NCBI GenBank assembly: GCA_051878295.1 | Contig: JBJEJV010000043.1 | Coordinates: 10,022 to 74,021 of the forward strand | Length of the DNA: 64,000 bases | DNA from: Candidatus Cryptobacteroides sp. | GTDB taxonomy: Bacteria; Bacteroidota; Bacteroidia; Bacteroidales; UBA932 | Direction: 5' to 3' | Shown here: positions 49,832-59,297 of the stretch, one piece after another | How positions within the stretch are numbered: the first letter of the stretch is position 1 | Layout of the letters: every line of letters begins with the position of its first letter | Translations under genes and position numbers: made by a program | The notes under the pieces: model-generated | Told to the model about the DNA's origin: nothing | The model's input: only the letters and a program-made list of their open reading frames with translations | Databases searched by the model: none

Positions 49832-52800
49832 TCAGAAGGATGTCCGTATGATGCCGGAGAAAGCGTCATTGGCGCGGTAGTGAGGGGCATAGAGCGACTC
49901 GACGGTAAGGACAGGGGCTTTGAAACTGCCCTCCCGGGTGACGAAAAAGGCCTCGGTGATGACGGTCTTTTCTTCAGGGCAGACATCGAAATAGTACTCC
50001 GTGCAGTCGGACTTGACATTCCTGTAAGCCTGCGGGACAAGTAAGAACGACCCGCCCGGACGGAGCACTCCGACCTGCAGGCCGCAAAGTCCGGAAAGTT
50101 GCCCGACAGGCCGGAAGGCAGCCTCACGCGGGGCGGTGAGTCTGACGAAACTCCGGTTCTCGTCACTCCGGATGCGGTACTCGGCGAAAATCCTGTCACC
50201 GACTCCGAGGATTTCTCCTTCTGCGATTTCCTCACGGACAGAGCCTTCTTGTGAAGGAACTTCCCGGAAGAAGCGGCGCTCGACCGAAAAACCGTTGCCG
50301 GCAGCCCCGATTCCTGCAAATTCCTTCCTGTAGGTCTTGGACAGGGAGACGACACGGGTGTCCAGCACCGACTCGCCGCCACGGAGGACTGTCCCGACCG
50401 CATCGGTGAAAGCAGGGTCTATGCCCCAATTCTGCGTTTCCTTCTGGAGCATGATCCAGAGGCGGATGCCTTCGGAGAGTTCGGAAGGCGACGGAAGAGC
50501 GGCGGAGGTGGAGATGGTCCTGACATAGTCGTCATCGAATATGTCGCACAGGAGCGTGTGGGCATAGAGTTCGTTTTCGAGGAGCCCTCGAGACGGCATT
50601 ACGGCATCGGGATAGTACCAGCCTCCGCCCGGATGGCTGACGGCATATTCAACAAGCGAGAGGACATCGGCGGAAAGGGAGGCACGCAGTTTCGCTTCCG
50701 TGCCGGACTTTACTCCCCACGCAGCCGCCAGGGCAGCCCCACCCTCCGACGAAGTCAGGTTCAGCAGGGTGGCGACCCTCCTCGCCTTCTGGAGAATGCG
50801 GCCCTGCAGACCGCGGCCGTCAGAGCCGGAAGGAGCCAGATACTGCGAGGCGAAAGTCTTGAATTCCTTGAAGTTGCGACTTGCCGCAAGTTGTCCGGAA
50901 GCCGTATCGGAAGACAGTTCAAAGGCGATTTCCGGGAAGAGGGAGCGGACAAAGATGTACTGTTCGGCGGAGAGGACACCGCTCCAGTATGGCATACCGG
51001 ATTCATACAGGAACTGGGTCCGGTCCAGATAGCTGACGGAAGGGGCCGGGTCGAAAGAAGAGGTGGCGAGACCGAGCCCGGAAAGCCTTGAGTACCTTTC
51101 CAGCACGATGGCCGTCATCACAGGAGAAGATTTCATCCCAGGGAACCATCCGAAGCCGCCGTCGGCATTGCGGCAGGAGGCCGCCATCTCAAGAAGCTTC
51201 TCGTCGGAATACTCGCCGGAAACTTCCGCCCCGAGGCTTGCGGCGACCCTGCGGACATAGAGTGCCCCGGTGACGCTGACAATGTCCTTGCAGTCGGGGT
51301 CAAGCTTGTCCGGAAGGGCTGCCAGAAGCATTTCGCGGATGTCAGTTTCCGAATATGAGGCCCCGTAGGAGCTCGTCCCCGTGAATCCGGAACGGAGCTG
51401 CTTCAGAAGCCCGTCCCTGTCCATATCAGGCAGCAGGACGGCGGAATGGGATTCAGTTATGACCTGGCTGTCGTCTTTCACAGGAAGTTTCACGAAGACC
51501 CGGTCGGAGAATTCCCCTCCCGGCTTCCCGGAGGCCTGCGGGGCTGCGGTGAAGGAGAGAAGAATCCCGAGGCTGTCCCCTTCCGCAGGCCTGAGGTCGA
51601 AGGAGAGAGGCAGGACAGAGCCTGCAGGAACATTGACTTTCTTTGAATATGTCCGGAAAGGCTTCCCGCTCCGCCAGTCTCCGGAGTCGAAGAGCGAAAG
51701 GGTCACGACTCCGTCCACAGGCTCTGCGGCCTGTGAAGTCACAGTGGCGCCGAGGGTCAGTCTGTCGCCCTTGTAGAGGTAGTCCGGCTGCGCAAGGGCG
51801 ACCTTGACCGGCAGGGAGACGATGAATTCCCTGCGGAGAAGGGTATCCCGAAGGGACTTGTCGTGGGCATAGACCTGGACGACGAAAGTTGACAACTTGC
51901 CGGAGGTCTCGAAACTGAATCCGAGCTTTCCTTCGGCATCAGGCCGCAGGAAAGGCTCGAAAGCGAGGCTGGTCGAGAAATCGGAGCGCACTGTTCCGGG
52001 CTCCGTTTCGTCCGGCTCAGTATCGGACTCGAGGGATAAGGCACCCCCTGCCGCAGGAGCGGCATCAAAGACGCCGCTCTTTGTCAGCCTCGGCTTATCC
52101 ATAGCCAGGGCCATCAAAGGAAGCCCGTTGCCGATGTAGGTTCCAGAGCAGACGGTACGGCCGCACCAGTAGCGGACCGGAACCCGGTCCGCTCCGCTTT
52201 CGAGCTTCAGCGAACGCCTCCAGACATTGGAACAGATTTCTTCGCTGCTCTTGTCGAACACGGCGGCGACCGCCTCCAAATCATTCCCGGCCGAAAGCGA
52301 AACCTCATACCTGGCATTCGGCAGAGCCTTGTCCTCGAACCTTGAGAATGAAAGCCCCACGGCAGGCTCCCTGCGCTTCGCGGTGAAGCTTTCCGAATAG
52401 GTGAACGCTTCTCCTTTCCTGAAATAGAACACGTTCAGGAGCAAAGCGTCAGGGTAGTCTTCCCTGTACTTGAAAACGACATCTTCGACCGAGCCTTCCC
52501 TGCCCTGCACGCCGTCAAGGCGGACGAATCTCTTTTCGAGGAGCTGCTTCCTGTCTCCGAAAAGTTCGACCAGCATCCAGACCGGGCCGTCTCCGGCTCC
52601 GATTTTCAGGCGGATGTCCCCGCCCTTTTCCAGAACCCCGTCCCGGCAAGGCCCGACGAGGCTGAACACATTCTCGAAGGGAGCGTCCAGAACCTCTGCG
52701 GTATCATCGAACCTGAGCAGCCGGACGCTGTTGGAAGTCCTGACGGTATCGCCCCTGAGGCTCACGGCTTCGGCTTCCATTTTCAGTGAATATGCTCCGG

Positions 52801-55162
52801 CGGAAGGAAGGCCGAGCACAAAGGCCTCGCCGGAGATGACGGTCCCGGAGGCGACTGTCCTGCCTCCGGAGTCACAGAGAGTGTAAGCTACCGGAAGAGG
52901 GAAGGTCGTGCCGTCCGGATTCGTGCAGGAGAACAGCACCTCCGCCTCCGGGCCGGACACGGTCCTGACATCAGTCCAGTCCCCGGAAGAAACCCTCACC
53001 CGGGCCCGGGACTCGTTGAGTATATCAACAGAAAGGCCCGGCATCCCGTAAACCGGAACGTAGCTGCTTCCTTCGACGGTTTCACCGGTCGAATCGGTGA
53101 CCCGGACGACGACCGAATACGGACTCACTTTGCGGGAGGCATCGGACGGGAAGCGGATCAAGAAGGAACCTTCGTCGTCCAGCGGGAGAGAGCCTGAAAG
53201 GAGGGTCCTGGAATACTCCCTGACTTCATAGGCGGCAGAGGCCGCGGCGAGCCTGTGCCCGGTGAGACTCCGGACGGAGCCTCGGACGGAAACAGTGTCT
53301 CCTGCCAGACGGAGTTCCTCCGAAGGTTCAAAAACAACCAGATAGTTCGGAAGCACGAATTCATCGACTACGACAGTCCTCGAATGCACGGTCCGCGCAG
53401 TGGAGCCCGGAGCGGAGAAGGAGACTTCCACACGGAAGCTGCCGTTGCGGCGCCCCTCCGGAAGGAGGAACCCGCCCGCTACGGAGCCATATTCATTGGT
53501 CATCAGCTGCAATGAGCCTGCCTCCTTGCCCTCGGAGTCCTTGAGCGTCACCGTGACAGGGCAGTCCTGCCCTATCACCCTCGGATTCACGGCATCGGCC
53601 AGATAGAGGACGGCCTTGAAGCGGAGTGTTTCCCCGGGATTGTAGGCGGCCTTGTCCGTGAATATGCTGCATCCCGGAAGGGACTTCCCTCCATCACGGG
53701 AGGACGGGGACGGATAGAGCATTCCCCACTCAGGGGACTTCCTCAGGAAACCGTCCGGGCCGGTGAAGGAGGCAACGACAGTCCCCGGGGCGGCGTCGCC
53801 GTCCCTCTTCCGGAACGAATCCGGCAGAGGAGTGAAGCCGTCAAGTACGAAGCCTTCCGCCTGACAGACAAGCTCCCCGGAACGGAAGTACTCCAGGCCG
53901 ACCGTCTCCAGCGGTTCCCCGGTCCGCGAATCGGCCACGAAAATCCTGTCCTTCCCGTCGGCCTCCTGCCTTGCAGCAATGGAAAGGCTGCGTCTTGAAT
54001 ATGCCGAGACATCCTTGACGCCTCCGCCACGGACTTCAATGAGATAGTCCCCGTCATCCATCCCCGGAAGGGCGACGCTGACCGTGTCGGGGACATACAG
54101 CCTCCTTCCGGAAGAAGCGAGGGTTGTCTTGAAGATGGTCAGAGGCTTGGAGCTGTCAGTTCTGATGTTCAATGAAGCCGATGGGACATTGCGCAGAATC
54201 ACCTTCAGGCTGTCCTGCACGGCCTCGCAGGCGACAGCCTTGCGTTCAAGGATTTCCGTCATTTTCGAGAAAGCGTCCACCCCTGAGGCGAGCAGACGGT
54301 CCGCTCCGGAACGGAAGGCCTTCCTTTCAGCCTCGCAGCTACGGCAAAGCCGCAGGAGGTCCTCATAGGCCTCGGAAGGGGCGTTCTCCCGGTCGAGGCT
54401 GTCCTTCAGGCAGAAGACATATTCACCGAGAGCCAGCAGGCGCAGGGCCTGCCCCCTGTGTTCTTCCGCAAATCCGGGAAGGGCTTCACAGCAGCGGTCA
54501 CGGGACTTTCCGAAGAGCAGGCTCCGGTACTCAAGATACTGTTCCAGAGGGTAGCGCCCTGAGCACAAACTGTCGAGGGTCCTGAACGCCTTCCCTTCGG
54601 GATTGAAATGTTCGCTGCGGGCGCAACGGTCCCACAGACAGTACTCGAAATCATCCTTGACAAGGTCGGGGACGAGCTGCTCCACAGCCCTGTCGGGAAG
54701 AGACAGCCCGGAGTAGAAGGCCGTGTTCCTGCCCGTACGGAGACGGGATTCGGAGGCAAGCACGAAGTCAGTCAGGCCGTTCTCGCCGCTCCTGCTCCTG
54801 AAGGAATATGTCACTATCGGTTCGTCATATTCGTAGATTCTCCTCTCAAGATCCTTCCTGAGGCTGTCGGAGTCCTTCCAGTTGCGGGAGATGCCGACTT
54901 CGACGGCCAGCGTGGCCGCGTCGAAGAAGTCCCGGTGGAGGCGGCGGGCCGCTGCCTGTACGCGTATTCTGTCAAGAACGGCAAGCTGGCGCAGAGGGAG
55001 GTCTGCTTTCTCACAGTCACGGTATTCCTTCCAGAGCTGCGTCAGCACGTGTCCCTCGGAATCGGGGACCGCCCTGTCTGAAGAATCGTTCCGGGAGGGA
55101 ATTGAAAATGCTGCGATGAGGGCCGCAGCCGACAAAAACAGGATGATGAGGATTCTTTTCAT
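49832..55162 (-). CDS. Bacterial alpha-2-macroglobulin family protein
   Basis: 1776 aa; IFTDKAAYNPGETLRFK (MG2), TNEYGSVAG.F, VRSDFSTSLAFEP, NADGGFGWFPG, WIMLQKETQNW, V.SLYAPHY. Confidence 0.92.
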   Translation of the reverse strand: MKRILIILFLSAAALIAAFSIPSRNDSSDRAVPDSEGHVLTQLWKEYRDCEKADLPLRQLAVLDRIRVQAAARRLHRDFFDAATLAVEVGISRNWKDSDSLRKDLERRIYEYDEPIVTYSFRSRSGENGLTDFVLASESRLRTGRNTAFYSGLSLPDRAVEQLVPDLVKDDFEYCLWDRCARSEHFNPEGKAFRTLDSLCSGRYPLEQYLEYRSLLFGKSRDRCCEALPGFAEEHRGQALRLLALGEYVFCLKDSLDRENAPSEAYEDLLRLCRSCEAERKAFRSGADRLLASGVDAFSKMTEILERKAVACEAVQDSLKVILRNVPSASLNIRTDSSKPLTIFKTTLASSGRRLYVPDTVSVALPGMDDGDYLIEVRGGGVKDVSAYSRRSLSIAARQEADGKDRIFVADSRTGEPLETVGLEYFRSGELVCQAEGFVLDGFTPLPDSFRKRDGDAAPGTVVASFTGPDGFLRKSPEWGMLYPSPSSRDGGKSLPGCSIFTDKAAYNPGETLRFKAVLYLADAVNPRVIGQDCPVTVTLKDSEGKEAGSLQLMTNEYGSVAGGFLLPEGRRNGSFRVEVSFSAPGSTARTVHSRTVVVDEFVLPNYLVVFEPSEELRLAGDTVSVRGSVRSLTGHRLAAASAAYEVREYSRTLLSGSLPLDDEGSFLIRFPSDASRKVSPYSVVVRVTDSTGETVEGSSYVPVYGMPGLSVDILNESRARVRVSSGDWTDVRTVSGPEAEVLFSCTNPDGTTFPLPVAYTLCDSGGRTVASGTVISGEAFVLGLPSAGAYSLKMEAEAVSLRGDTVRTSNSVRLLRFDDTAEVLDAPFENVFSLVGPCRDGVLEKGGDIRLKIGAGDGPVWMLVELFGDRKQLLEKRFVRLDGVQGREGSVEDVVFKYREDYPDALLLNVFYFRKGEAFTYSESFTAKRREPAVGLSFSRFEDKALPNARYEVSLSAGNDLEAVAAVFDKSSEEICSNVWRRSLKLESGADRVPVRYWCGRTVCSGTYIGNGLPLMALAMDKPRLTKSGVFDAAPAAGGALSLESDTEPDETEPGTVRSDFSTSLAFEPFLRPDAEGKLGFSFETSGKLSTFVVQVYAHDKSLRDTLLRREFIVSLPVKVALAQPDYLYKGDRLTLGATVTSQAAEPVDGVVTLSLFDSGDWRSGKPFRTYSKKVNVPAGSVLPLSFDLRPAEGDSLGILLSFTAAPQASGKPGGEFSDRVFVKLPVKDDSQVITESHSAVLLPDMDRDGLLKQLRSGFTGTSSYGASYSETDIREMLLAALPDKLDPDCKDIVSVTGALYVRRVAASLGAEVSGEYSDEKLLEMAASCRNADGGFGWFPGMKSSPVMTAIVLERYSRLSGLGLATSSFDPAPSVSYLDRTQFLYESGMPYWSGVLSAEQYIFVRSLFPEIAFELSSDTASGQLAASRNFKEFKTFASQYLAPSGSDGRGLQGRILQKARRVATLLNLTSSEGGAALAAAWGVKSGTEAKLRASLSADVLSLVEYAVSHPGGGWYYPDAVMPSRGLLENELYAHTLLCDIFDDDYVRTISTSAALPSPSELSEGIRLWIMLQKETQNWGIDPAFTDAVGTVLRGGESVLDTRVVSLSKTYRKEFAGIGAAGNGFSVERRFFREVPSQEGSVREEIAEGEILGVGDRIFAEYRIRSDENRSFVRLTAPREAAFRPVGQLSGLCGLQVGVLRPGGSFLLVPQAYRNVKSDCTEYYFDVCPEEKTVITEAFFVTREGSFKAPVLTVESLYAPHYRANDAFSGIIRTSF

Positions 55163-55223
55163 GTCGGATTCTCTTCTTGTTCACTGATGCTCCGGACTTG
55201 CCGGAGCAAATACCATACCGCCA

Positions 55224-56588
55224 TCACCTTGCCCCGGAGGGCTTCAGGATGGCCATAGCCTCGCTGACGAGATAGGTGCTCCCGCCCACGAAGACCAGAG
55301 GTTCCGGCGCCCCCCTCCTTTCGGCCGCCCTGGCCAGGGAGAAGGCCATATTCAGGGCGGTCCTCACGTCGGCTGCTTCGTGGACGCGCGCCTTGCTCCT
55401 TCCGGTACGGGTGCAGAAATCCAGATAGCGGGCGGCAAGCTCCTTGGCGGGCAGGGAGCGGGCGATGCCCGGATTGGTGAATATCCAGGTGGCATTCTGC
55501 GGCATCGAAGGCATTATCCCGTCGAGGTCCTTGTCGGCCATCACGGCATAGACGACGATGAGGGAGGAGAAGTCCCCTCCGGCAAGCAGGGATTCCAGCT
55601 GGGAGAAGTTCTCCTTGAGGGCTGCGGGGTTGTGGCCGATGTCCGCAATCACGGCCGGATGGTGGGACAGGATTTCCCAACGCCCGTGGAAATCCATCCT
55701 CGCCGCCGTCCTGCATAGAGCGGGGACGACGGACTCCGGATTCTTCAGGGATGCGTAGAAGGGAATCCGCGAAAGGATGTCCAGAGCCGCAAGGACGGTC
55801 CTGAGATTCTTCTGCTGGTACTCTCCCCGCAGGTCCATGGCCCGGACGATGCTCCTGTGCCTGTCCCAGAGCGGAGGTTCGGTGTCACAGGCGAATTCCA
55901 GAGGACAGAGGCCTGCAGCGGCGGCTTCGAAGACCGGACGGGTCTGCGGAAGGCACTCCCCTACCAGAGCCGGCACGCCGCGTTTGAATATTCCCGCCTT
56001 CTCCGAAGCGACCGCTTCGAGAGTGTTCCCGAGCAGGGCGCAATGGTCCAGAGCGATGAGGGTGACGACAGAAAGGTCGGGGGTGATGATGTTCGTGCTG
56101 TCCAGGCGGCCTCCCAGTCCCACTTCTATTACCGCCACATCGACTTCCCTGTCGGCGAACCACTTGAAGGCCATCCCGGTGGTGATTTCAAAGAAGGAAA
56201 GGTCGAGTCCGTCCATCAGCGTGCCGTAGCCGCAGAGGAAAGAATATGCCTCCTCTTTGGAAATCAGCTCCACAGGCTCTTCTCCGTCCTTGATTCTCAT
56301 CCGTTCGCGGAAATCGAGAATGTGAGGAGAGGTGTACAGCCCCACTTTGAGTCCCCTGGCGGACAGCACGGAGGCCAGCATATTGGCCACGGAACCTTTT
56401 CCGTTGGTGCCTGCGACGTGAATCGAGCGGAACTTCCCTTGAGGCTCTCCCAGAGCTGCGCAGAAGCGTTCCATATTCTCCAGGCCGGGTTTGTAGGCAT
56501 CGGCGAAGGGGACCTTCTGGACTGAGGGGAATCTGGAATATATCGACTCTATTTTTTTGTTGTACCTTTCTTCAGAAAAACTGTCCAT
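55224..56588 (-). CDS. folC: Bifunctional folylpolyglutamate/dihydrofolate synthase
   Basis: IHVAGTNGKGS, GLYTSPH, SFFEITT, EVGLGGRLDSTN, DIGHN, GGSTY; ATG 56588. Confidence 0.96.
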   Translation of the reverse strand: MDSFSEERYNKKIESIYSRFPSVQKVPFADAYKPGLENMERFCAALGEPQGKFRSIHVAGTNGKGSVANMLASVLSARGLKVGLYTSPHILDFRERMRIKDGEEPVELISKEEAYSFLCGYGTLMDGLDLSFFEITTGMAFKWFADREVDVAVIEVGLGGRLDSTNIITPDLSVVTLIALDHCALLGNTLEAVASEKAGIFKRGVPALVGECLPQTRPVFEAAAAGLCPLEFACDTEPPLWDRHRSIVRAMDLRGEYQQKNLRTVLAALDILSRIPFYASLKNPESVVPALCRTAARMDFHGRWEILSHHPAVIADIGHNPAALKENFSQLESLLAGGDFSSLIVVYAVMADKDLDGIMPSMPQNATWIFTNPGIARSLPAKELAARYLDFCTRTGRSKARVHEAADVRTALNMAFSLARAAERRGAPEPLVFVGGSTYLVSEAMAILKPSGAR

Positions 56589-56617
56589 GTGTGTCGGTGT
56601 TCTTTTTGAACTGTTTT

Positions 56618-56625
56618 CAAATTTA
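56618..56625 (-). promoter_or_regulatory. -7 promoter element for folC
   Basis: TAAATTTG on minus strand. Confidence 0.6.
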
Positions 56626-56653
56626 CATATATTTACAGACAATTTGCCGACCG

Positions 56654-57817
56654 ATGAAGGAAAATAAATCCGCTCTTCATTCAACCTACATCATCGACGG
56701 GGTACAGATGAAGCTGACCCCTGCCGAAATACTCGACGCCTGCCTGCCCTGCGCCGGGGAGAGAAGGCAGGCGAAGACAGACTACGCCCCGATTGTCGAT
56801 GAAAGCACGGATCCCACCCCTTCCGCAGCGAAGTTCGACGCATCCAGAGCCGGCGAATACCTGAAAGGCATCGAAGGCCTGGCCGCTCTGCGGGAGGACT
56901 GCCCGATGGAATATTCGGACCAGTACACAAGGAGCCGCATCGCGGGAGCGCTGCTCGACGCGATCTGGAGGAAAGGGCATTTCCGTCTTGACGACCTTTC
57001 GCTCTATGCGGAATGGAAATGGAATCCCGGCAGGCTCGGGAATATGGCGGCCTTCTATTCTTCCGCAGAAGCCGCGGCGGACCATATCGACAGTCTGGGA
57101 ATATGCCTGAGCGGGTATGCATATTCACAAAGCGCCTCGCTCAGCCGCGTCACTTTCAAGGTCAAGGCCGCCGGCAGGGGCAGGGAGGAAGTCCAGGACG
57201 ATTCCGAGGAGGAACTCCTCTCCCCTTCTCCGTTCGGCAGCGAGAGCCCTTCCATCGGCCGCAGCAGGCTTGCGCCGGCCACGATTGTCCCGGACCCCGA
57301 AAGCTGGCTGATCTACATTCCTTTCGACTCCTGCGATTTCCGTCTCGGCAGTTCCCTGTTGTGCAGGGCCTACGGGAACAACGGTGACACCTACCCGGAA
57401 ATCGGCGACGCGGACTATTTCATCGACTGCTACGAGGTCGTCAGGGAGTTCGTGGAGGACAAGGTGGTCATTGCGGGGGCAAGCGTGGGCGAAGGCGGAC
57501 TGATGGCAGCCCTGGACAGGATGCTTCCGGAGGGGACACAGGTCCTGCTGGACATCGGCGGAATAATGAGCGCCTATGGGGAGAAGGACCCGGTCAGGGT
57601 GCTGTTTTCCGAAATCCCCGGAGCCCTCATACAAATCAGGGACATCGATTACGACTATGTGGATGCGGAGCTTCTGCTCCAGGACATAGTATATTACCCG
57701 ATAGGACATCCCCGGACGGGCAAGGGAGGCATAATGTTGAAGACCGGAGGAGAAAGCGGCATCTGCGGCATTCTCCAGTCCCTGCTCAACAGCCAGGCCT
57801 CGGAAGGGGAAGATTGA
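56654..57817 (+). CDS. Stand-alone divergent PurL (FGAM synthase) half-domain-like protein
   Basis: LSLYAEWKW, FRLGSS, DADYFIDCYEVVREFV, GGLMAAL, LFSEIPGALIQI occur in the same order as Bacteroidota PurL segments recalled from memory; no glutaminase domain. Confidence 0.65.
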   Translation: MKENKSALHSTYIIDGVQMKLTPAEILDACLPCAGERRQAKTDYAPIVDESTDPTPSAAKFDASRAGEYLKGIEGLAALREDCPMEYSDQYTRSRIAGALLDAIWRKGHFRLDDLSLYAEWKWNPGRLGNMAAFYSSAEAAADHIDSLGICLSGYAYSQSASLSRVTFKVKAAGRGREEVQDDSEEELLSPSPFGSESPSIGRSRLAPATIVPDPESWLIYIPFDSCDFRLGSSLLCRAYGNNGDTYPEIGDADYFIDCYEVVREFVEDKVVIAGASVGEGGLMAALDRMLPEGTQVLLDIGGIMSAYGEKDPVRVLFSEIPGALIQIRDIDYDYVDAELLLQDIVYYPIGHPRTGKGGIMLKTGGESGICGILQSLLNSQASEGED

Positions 57818-57835
57818 TTTCATTCTGTTTCAGAA

Positions 57836-59209
57836 ATGGCAAAATACGCAAACGTACCTTCCGGAAGGAAGGCGGGCGACAAGCCCAAGATTTTCGTTCT
57901 TGACACGAATATAATCCTCCACGACCACAAGGCAATCCGGAAATTCAAGGACAACGACCTTGTGATACCTATAGTAGTGATAGAGGAACTTGACAAGTTC
58001 AAGAAAGGCAACGATGCCCTGGCGCTCAACGCGAGAGGCTTTATGAGGGACATCGACAGAATCACCGAAGGCCGTTCCTTCGGCAGGGACGGTGTACCTA
58101 TCGGGAAGGATCACGGCAAAATCAAGATAGAGCCTTGCCATCCTTTCCCGGAAGAACTGGCCGGGCTGTTCTATGACGACATCCCGGACCACAGGATTCT
58201 TTCCACCGCAATCTGGGTCAGGGACAACCACCCGGACAGGTTCGTGGCTCTGGTCACGAAGGACATCAACCTGAGGATGAAGGCCAAGGCCGCCGGGATG
58301 GAGGTCCAGGACTATCTGACGGACAGGGTCGAGGAGGAGAAGGTGGAGAACTCCGCGAAGGAAGTCATATTCCTTGACCCGCCGGCTTCAGAGGCCGTCG
58401 CCGCGCTTGCCTACAGCCCCGACTCGTCGGTTGACTGGCAGAAAGTGAGCGACAGGGAGCCGAAGCCGAACCAGCTCTACAAGGTCAGGAACGACAAGAG
58501 CACCATCTGCGCCAGATACGACGCCTACGCCGGAAAAATCGTCCTCGTCAGGACAAGGTCGGCCTACGGCATCAAACCGAGGAACGACGAACAGAAGTTC
58601 GCCATCGATGCCTGCCTCAATCCGGACATCCAGCTCGTGTCGATGACAGGCGGGGCCGGAACGGGAAAGACCCTGATAGCCCTCGCCGCCGCGCTGGAGC
58701 AGGCCAGGGACTTCGACCAGATCATCCTGACCAGGCCTACCGTGGTTCTCGGCAACCAGGAAATCGGATTCCTGCCGGGAGACCAGAAGACCAAGATGAG
58801 TCCTTTCGTGCAGCCTCTGATGGACAATCTCAATGTGATAAAAGCCCAGTTCCGGCCTTCCAGCAAGGAGGCCCTGAAAATCGAGGAGATGCTCAAGAGC
58901 GAGAAACTCCTGATCTCCCCGCTGGCATACATCAGGGGAAGGAGCCTCGGGAACGTGTTCTTCATCTGCGACGAGGCTCAGAATCTCACCCCGAACGAGG
59001 TCAAGACCATCATCACCAGAGCGGGCGAAGGCACCAAGATGGTGTTCACCGGCGACATATTCCAGATTGACCAGCCTTATCTGGACAAATGGTCCAACGG
59101 CCTGACCCATCTCGGGGAGAAGATGGACGGGCAGAAACTGTTCGAACACATATTCCTCAAGATAGGAGAAAGGAGCGAGCTTTCGGATATCGCTTCAAAA
59201 TTGCTATAA
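57836..59209 (+). CDS. PIN-PhoH fusion protein (PhoH2/YlaK family)
   Basis: FVLDTNIILHD, VIEELDKFK, PDHRIL, LVTKDINLRMKA (PIN); GGAGTGKT, LAYIRGRSL, DEAQN, GDIFQID (PhoH). Confidence 0.93.
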   Translation: MAKYANVPSGRKAGDKPKIFVLDTNIILHDHKAIRKFKDNDLVIPIVVIEELDKFKKGNDALALNARGFMRDIDRITEGRSFGRDGVPIGKDHGKIKIEPCHPFPEELAGLFYDDIPDHRILSTAIWVRDNHPDRFVALVTKDINLRMKAKAAGMEVQDYLTDRVEEEKVENSAKEVIFLDPPASEAVAALAYSPDSSVDWQKVSDREPKPNQLYKVRNDKSTICARYDAYAGKIVLVRTRSAYGIKPRNDEQKFAIDACLNPDIQLVSMTGGAGTGKTLIALAAALEQARDFDQIILTRPTVVLGNQEIGFLPGDQKTKMSPFVQPLMDNLNVIKAQFRPSSKEALKIEEMLKSEKLLISPLAYIRGRSLGNVFFICDEAQNLTPNEVKTIITRAGEGTKMVFTGDIFQIDQPYLDKWSNGLTHLGEKMDGQKLFEHIFLKIGERSELSDIASKLL

Positions 59210-59223
59210 CCGATACTTTTTAT

Positions 59224-59231
59224 TAAATTTG
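59224..59231 (+). promoter_or_regulatory. -7 promoter element for ppdK
   Basis: TAAATTTG followed by CAAC. Confidence 0.65.
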
Positions 59232-59297
59232 CAACTTATTCCGGCCCGGCCGGGCCGTCAGGACCTGACTCTTCAAATTCAAAAACAGATAACTGAT

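Noticed and set aside
57836-59209. PIN-PhoH as a toxin-antitoxin module
   Set aside because: No small upstream antitoxin ORF; PhoH2 is widespread in Bacteroidota
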